Shown here one piece after another: positions 60,246-64,000 of a stretch of 64,000 bases of DNA. Within the stretch, counting starts at the first letter, position 1; the number at the start of each line of letters is the position of its first letter. Source of the DNA: an uncultured Gammaproteobacteria bacterium (GTDB taxonomy: Bacteria; Patescibacteriota; Patescibacteriia; Magasanikbacterales; UBA922); NCBI GenBank assembly GCA_965231005.1, contig OZ246405.1, forward strand, positions 39,204 to 103,203. Reading direction: 5' to 3'. Under the pieces are notes generated by a model. It ran no database searches. It saw only the letters and a list, made by a program, of their open reading frames with translations, and was not told the origin of the DNA. Made by a program: the position numbers and the translations under genes.

Positions 60246-60385
60246 AAAAGCTCTAAATGCCGTAAAAGCTTAAGAAGCCTAAAAGGCAAAAAAACCTGTT
60301 ACTCATGCAGGTTTTTTGCTTTAACAAACACTATTAGCCAGCCTTTATGGCTTTTATAGCATTTAAAGCCTCTTGCCGCGTGGAT
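60246..60385. repeat. inverted pair of 9-bp periodic arrays flanking an intrinsic terminator (ACCTG-ttactcatg-CAGGT + T6 at 60289-60317)
   Basis: AAAAAGCTCT AAATGCCGT AAAAGCTTA AGAAGCCTA AAAGGC ... CCAGCCTTT ATGGCTTTT ATAGCATTT AAAGCCTCTT. Confidence 0.55.
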
Positions 60386-60410
60386 CGAACGTAGTGAGAT
60401 CTTTACGCGG

Positions 60411-60806
60411 TTACGGCCTTTTTATAACAATATAGGAAAGCGCCCCAATAAACCCAGCAAAAAGGTCTCCTACTGTATCAGCAACACTAACTTGATATTG
60501 AAGAGGAAAATACAGATCATGAATAAATTCATAAAATTCCCAACCAATTGCAAATGCTCCTACAGCGCAAAGAATAAATAAGTGCCACACCCATTGTGGT
60601 TTAATTTCAATATGATATTGTTTGCCAAATATTTTTTTAATGAGTACAACAGTCCATGCAGTCGCAGCCCCTCCTATAATATGCATTGGAATATCAAGAA
60701 ATGGATACAACTCATACAATCCAGTCAAATCAAGAACTGCCTGATTGAAAAGAAACACTCCAATCATTGGAGAAAACGCGTGCAATATTTTTTTAAGACT
60801 ATTCAT
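60411..60806 (-). CDS. hypothetical membrane protein
   Basis: Four TM helices. Confidence 0.45.
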   Translation of the reverse strand: MNSLKKILHAFSPMIGVFLFNQAVLDLTGLYELYPFLDIPMHIIGGAATAWTVVLIKKIFGKQYHIEIKPQWVWHLFILCAVGAFAIGWEFYEFIHDLYFPLQYQVSVADTVGDLFAGFIGALSYIVIKRP

Positions 60807-60812
60807 ATATTA

Positions 60813-61118
60813 TTAAAAATCGTCCTCCAATGAATCATCGGCTGTATTCCCCCAACGCCATTTCATCTTCCCTTTTGCTTTTCCTTTAAAGATAAGCATA
60901 AAGAGTGCAGTAAGAATAATAATATCAAAAAAATATCGCGCTACTTGTTCAAAGGTTGGTTCGTCTGAAAAAAAATTATTTGTATATGCTGAAAGAATAA
61001 TCATTCCAACAAATAACAGTGTCATAAGCCAACCTTGCCAACGTACTGGGACCCAGCCATAGCCATATGTTTTTTGTTTGAACCAATATTTCATATTATT
61101 CAAGAAAAGTGTCATCAC
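60813..61118 (-). CDS. hypothetical membrane protein
   Basis: Two TM helices. Confidence 0.45.
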   Translation of the reverse strand: MMTLFLNNMKYWFKQKTYGYGWVPVRWQGWLMTLLFVGMIILSAYTNNFFSDEPTFEQVARYFFDIIILTALFMLIFKGKAKGKMKWRWGNTADDSLEDDF

Positions 61119-61185
61119 ACAAATATTATGTAAACTAAATAGTAGTTTAGTGAAAGAAAGACAATTTGTCTACTAATTTATAATC

Positions 61186-61455
61186 CTATTTATTTGTTTT
61201 TTTGAATAACGTAAGAAGTTCGTCTACTGCCTTTACCTTACCTTTTTTAATATCATGCATAACACAGCTGTGCAAGTGAGAATCAAGTAATACAATCTCT
61301 GCTTGTTTAATTGCGTTCTTTACAGCTGTTGTCTGTTGCAGGACATCCATGCAATATCTATCTTCTTCAACCATTTCTGTGACTTTGCGAAGATGTCCCT
61401 GAATTGTTTTAAGTCGTTTAATTAATGCTTGTTTGTCGAAATTTTTCTTTGGCAT
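61186..61455 (-). CDS. csoR: CsoR/RcnR-family metal-sensing transcriptional repressor
   Basis: DUF156 pattern: LKRLKTIQGHLRKV...YCMDVLQQ...HLHSC, with the C-H-C metal ligand spacing. Confidence 0.75.
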   Translation of the reverse strand: MPKKNFDKQALIKRLKTIQGHLRKVTEMVEEDRYCMDVLQQTTAVKNAIKQAEIVLLDSHLHSCVMHDIKKGKVKAVDELLTLFKKTNK

Positions 61456-61456
61456 A

Positions 61457-63685
61457 CTATGCTAATTTAATATGTTTAAGACGAAGAGCATTTAATACAA
61501 CAGAGATACTGCTCATTGCCATTGCAGCTGCACTAATTTCTGGATTTAAGAATCCTAATGCAGCAAATGGAATACCAACTGTATTGTAAATAAATGCCCA
61601 AAATAAATTTTGTTTAATATTTTTGAGTGTACGAGCTGAAAGTGAAATAGATTCTGACGCTTTAAATAAATCACCTTTTACTAAAACAATATCGCCTGTC
61701 TCAACTGCCACATCAGTACCTGTTCCCATAGCAATACCAACATCTGACTGGGCAAGTGCAGGAGCATCATTTATTCCATCACCAACCATGGCAACAACCT
61801 GACCACTTTTTTGTAGTTCTTTAATTGCGTTTACTTTGTCTTCTGGCATCACTTCTGCACGGACTTCATCTATACCAACTTGTTTGGCAATTTCTTGTGC
61901 AACAGTTTTATTATCGCCTGTAAGCATGATTGTTTTAATGTCTTGCTTTTTTAAATTGTTAATAGCATCTTTTGATGTTGTTTTGATTCCATCTTGTACT
62001 GCAAAAAATCCTAAAAATTTTGTATCTACAGAAAAGCCAATAATCGTGTGACCTTTTTTTGCATATGAATTAATATCTTTTTCACTTGAATCAAAAGCAA
62101 CAGTATGTTCTTTAAGAAAATTTATACTTCCAACTCGATAAATTCTTTGTTGATGTTCTCCAACAATCCCTCGCCCTGTTACAGCCTGAACATTTTTTAA
62201 AGAAATGCTGTCTTTTATGTTCTTTTCTTTTTCTGCCCATGTAACAATGCTATGTGCCAAAGGATGTTCTGATTGAAGTTCTAAACTGTAGGCAACATTT
62301 AAAAATTTGTCTGCATCTTTAGAAACACCAACCCAATCTTGAACTTCTGGCTTCCCTTTTGTAATTGTACCTGTTTTGTCAAAGGCAACCGTAGTTACTT
62401 TATGCATTTTTTCTAAACTTTCAGCATCTTTGATTAAAATTCCAAGTCCTGCTCCACGCCCAGTACCTACAACAATCGAAATTGGTGTTGCAAGCCCAAG
62501 TGCACAAGGACATGCAATAATAAGAACGCTGACTGTATGTACTAATGCTGTAGGTAAATATCCTGCGACAAAGAACCAACAAGAAAATGTCACTATTGCA
62601 ACAATAATGATTCCCCAGACAAAATATTTTGAAACAGTATCCGCCAATTTTTGAATTGGCGCACGAGACATTTGTGCCTCTTGAACTAGTTTTACAATTT
62701 GAGCAAGCACTGTGTCAGACCCAACCTTTCTTGCCTCCATAGTAAATGTTTGATTTTTATTCATTGTTGCTCCAATAACACTGTCTCCAACATATTTTTC
62801 AACTGGGATACTTTCACCGGTAACCATAGACTCATCTATTGTTGCTGCTCCCTCGATAATGATCCCATCGACTGGAATCTTTTCTCCTGGCTTAACCAAG
62901 AGCTTATCACCAACGACTACCTCTTCAAGAGGAATGTCCTTTATATTATTTTTTCCAAAAACTTTATGAGCAATCTTTGCAGATAACTGCATTAATTTTT
63001 TAATTGCTTCTGATGCCCTTCCTTTTGCCTTCGCTTCTAGATACCGACCAAATAAAATAAAGGTAATAATGATTCCTACATCCATGAAATATTCAGGCTG
63101 AGTTGGATCGAACAGTGTTGTGTATGAAGAATATAAAAATGCAGCACTTACTCCGAGTGAAACAAGCGTATCCATATCTGGCCCAAGCCGCAGCAAAGAA
63201 GGAATTCCTGTTTTGAAAAATTCTTGTCCAACAAATAGCACTCCAATTGAAAGGACAAGCATCAACATCCTGTCATTGCCTGTATCAATGCCGTACATTA
63301 AAAGAAGTATGAGTGCAGACAGTATTGCTGCTATTACGACTTTTTTAAAACGTTTCTTTAGTGCAACTTCTCCTTCAGCTTTTGCATGAGCAGAATGATC
63401 TCCATGATTCATATCGTGATGGGTATGATTTTCTTCTGAGGATTGCTTTCCATGAATCATGGCTGTATACCCCGTCTGCTTTATATTAGAAATAATATCC
63501 TCTGGTGAAAGCGTTCCTTCATCAAATTCAACCTGACCTTGTTCAAGCGCAAAATTAACACGTGCATCTTTTACACCTGGCATTTTTTTCAAGCCAGTTT
63601 CAATCTTTGCAACACAACTAGCACAATGCATGTCTTGTATATGTACTTGTATTTTTCTTGTCATATGCAAATACTTAACCCCCAC
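61457..63685 (-). CDS. copA: copper-translocating P-type ATPase
   Basis: N-terminal HMA domain [14 protein letters not shown] motif ([12 protein letters not shown]), DKTGT phosphorylation site, [10 protein letters not shown] hinge. Confidence 0.9.
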   Translation of the reverse strand: MGVKYLHMTRKIQVHIQDMHCASCVAKIETGLKKMPGVKDARVNFALEQGQVEFDEGTLSPEDIISNIKQTGYTAMIHGKQSSEENHTHHDMNHGDHSAHAKAEGEVALKKRFKKVVIAAILSALILLLMYGIDTGNDRMLMLVLSIGVLFVGQEFFKTGIPSLLRLGPDMDTLVSLGVSAAFLYSSYTTLFDPTQPEYFMDVGIIITFILFGRYLEAKAKGRASEAIKKLMQLSAKIAHKVFGKNNIKDIPLEEVVVGDKLLVKPGEKIPVDGIIIEGAATIDESMVTGESIPVEKYVGDSVIGATMNKNQTFTMEARKVGSDTVLAQIVKLVQEAQMSRAPIQKLADTVSKYFVWGIIIVAIVTFSCWFFVAGYLPTALVHTVSVLIIACPCALGLATPISIVVGTGRGAGLGILIKDAESLEKMHKVTTVAFDKTGTITKGKPEVQDWVGVSKDADKFLNVAYSLELQSEHPLAHSIVTWAEKEKNIKDSISLKNVQAVTGRGIVGEHQQRIYRVGSINFLKEHTVAFDSSEKDINSYAKKGHTIIGFSVDTKFLGFFAVQDGIKTTSKDAINNLKKQDIKTIMLTGDNKTVAQEIAKQVGIDEVRAEVMPEDKVNAIKELQKSGQVVAMVGDGINDAPALAQSDVGIAMGTGTDVAVETGDIVLVKGDLFKASESISLSARTLKNIKQNLFWAFIYNTVGIPFAALGFLNPEISAAAMAMSSISVVLNALRLKHIKLA

Positions 63686-63698
63686 CCCCAGGGTATGG

Positions 63699-63718
63699 AT
63701 ATACCATACCTAAGGTCT
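63699..63718. promoter_or_regulatory. candidate CsoR operator: GGTATGG-atata-CCATACC inverted repeat upstream of copA
   Basis: 7-bp perfect inverted arms with a 5-bp spacer 14 bp upstream of the copA ATG; locally GC-rich (cccccaccccca precedes it). Confidence 0.35.
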
Positions 63719-63779
63719 AATAATTTGTCAAGAAATCCAATAAAGGGCCGCTTTCGCGACCCTTTATAACTTTCCCCTC

Positions 63780-63980
63780 TTACCAATCTCTGCAACAAGC
63801 AATTATTTTCTGAACAAAACGCTTGGTGTATGTATTATTTCTATAAAGAAACAATAACACGAACCCACACCAAAGAAATCCTAAGAAAATAAACGTACCA
63901 AGAAAACCATTCCTTACATCTAGGAAAAAGTAAGCAAGAAAGGTCATGGTGAGCAAAAATGGAAGACGAAATATCTGCAT
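63780..63980 (-). CDS. small hypothetical membrane protein
   Basis: 66-aa ORF with two TM helices; weak support. Confidence 0.3.
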   Translation of the reverse strand: MQIFRLPFLLTMTFLAYFFLDVRNGFLGTFIFLGFLWCGFVLLFLYRNNTYTKRFVQKIIACCRDW

Positions 63981-64000
63981 TGATTCAGAAACCTTTTTTT

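Overview
This is a low-GC (~33-35%) bacterial chromosome segment with nearly all genes on the minus strand. The gene content looks like a reduced genome, possibly Candidate Phyla Radiation/Patescibacteria-like. That inference rests on the short YidC, a DUF4012 protein inside a glycosyltransferase cluster, and many large Cys-rich secreted proteins. Housekeeping genes I can support are groES-groEL, nusA, yidC, prfB (RF2, no frameshift), a contiguous valS-tyrS-argS block, tsaC, an NrnA-like DHH phosphoesterase, an ABC transporter and glutaredoxin. There is also a polysaccharide biosynthesis cluster (priming sugar transferase, three GT4 enzymes, DUF4012), an O-antigen-ligase-like protein, and a CsoR-CopA copper module. 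Features not in the ORF track are an RNase P RNA at ~14.27-14.67 kb with its own sigma70-like promoter and terminator, an intact tRNA-Leu(GAG), and a CIRCE-like operator ahead of groES. The most unusual region is a compound tRNA-Leu locus at 17.2-18.4 kb. An intact tRNA-Leu(GAG) sits between the two halves of a degenerate tRNA-Leu paralog. The halves are bounded by 31-bp direct repeats containing a perfect 20-bp GC palindrome (CCTGCCTGCCGGCAGGCAGG). A GIY-YIG nuclease gene and a lipoprotein gene lie inside. Next to it is a ~2.5 kb island with atypically high GC (one ORF ~57-60% GC) carrying a LuxR-type regulator. Other GC-atypical mini-cassettes occur at 28.8-30.3 kb (four small genes, mostly membrane proteins, with strong SD sites and a 14-bp flanking direct repeat) and at 41.6-42.0 kb. 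Intergenic DNA carries at least four dispersed repeat families. Three are short-period tandem arrays (9-bp AAAGCCTTT-like, 7-bp TTGTTAA-like with a conserved CTATACTAAGTTG core, 8-bp TAGTTTCC-like with a TTCCCTAAT core) that usually occur as inverted pairs around unique cores, giving MITE/REP-like structures. The fourth is the GC palindrome. Large secreted proteins include a 1742-aa Cys-rich repeat protein with near-identical internal duplications, an M64-type (HELGHxxxxxxEEY) peptidase-like protein, and a 983-aa protein with a GHKL-ATPase-like N-terminus and an HExxH motif.
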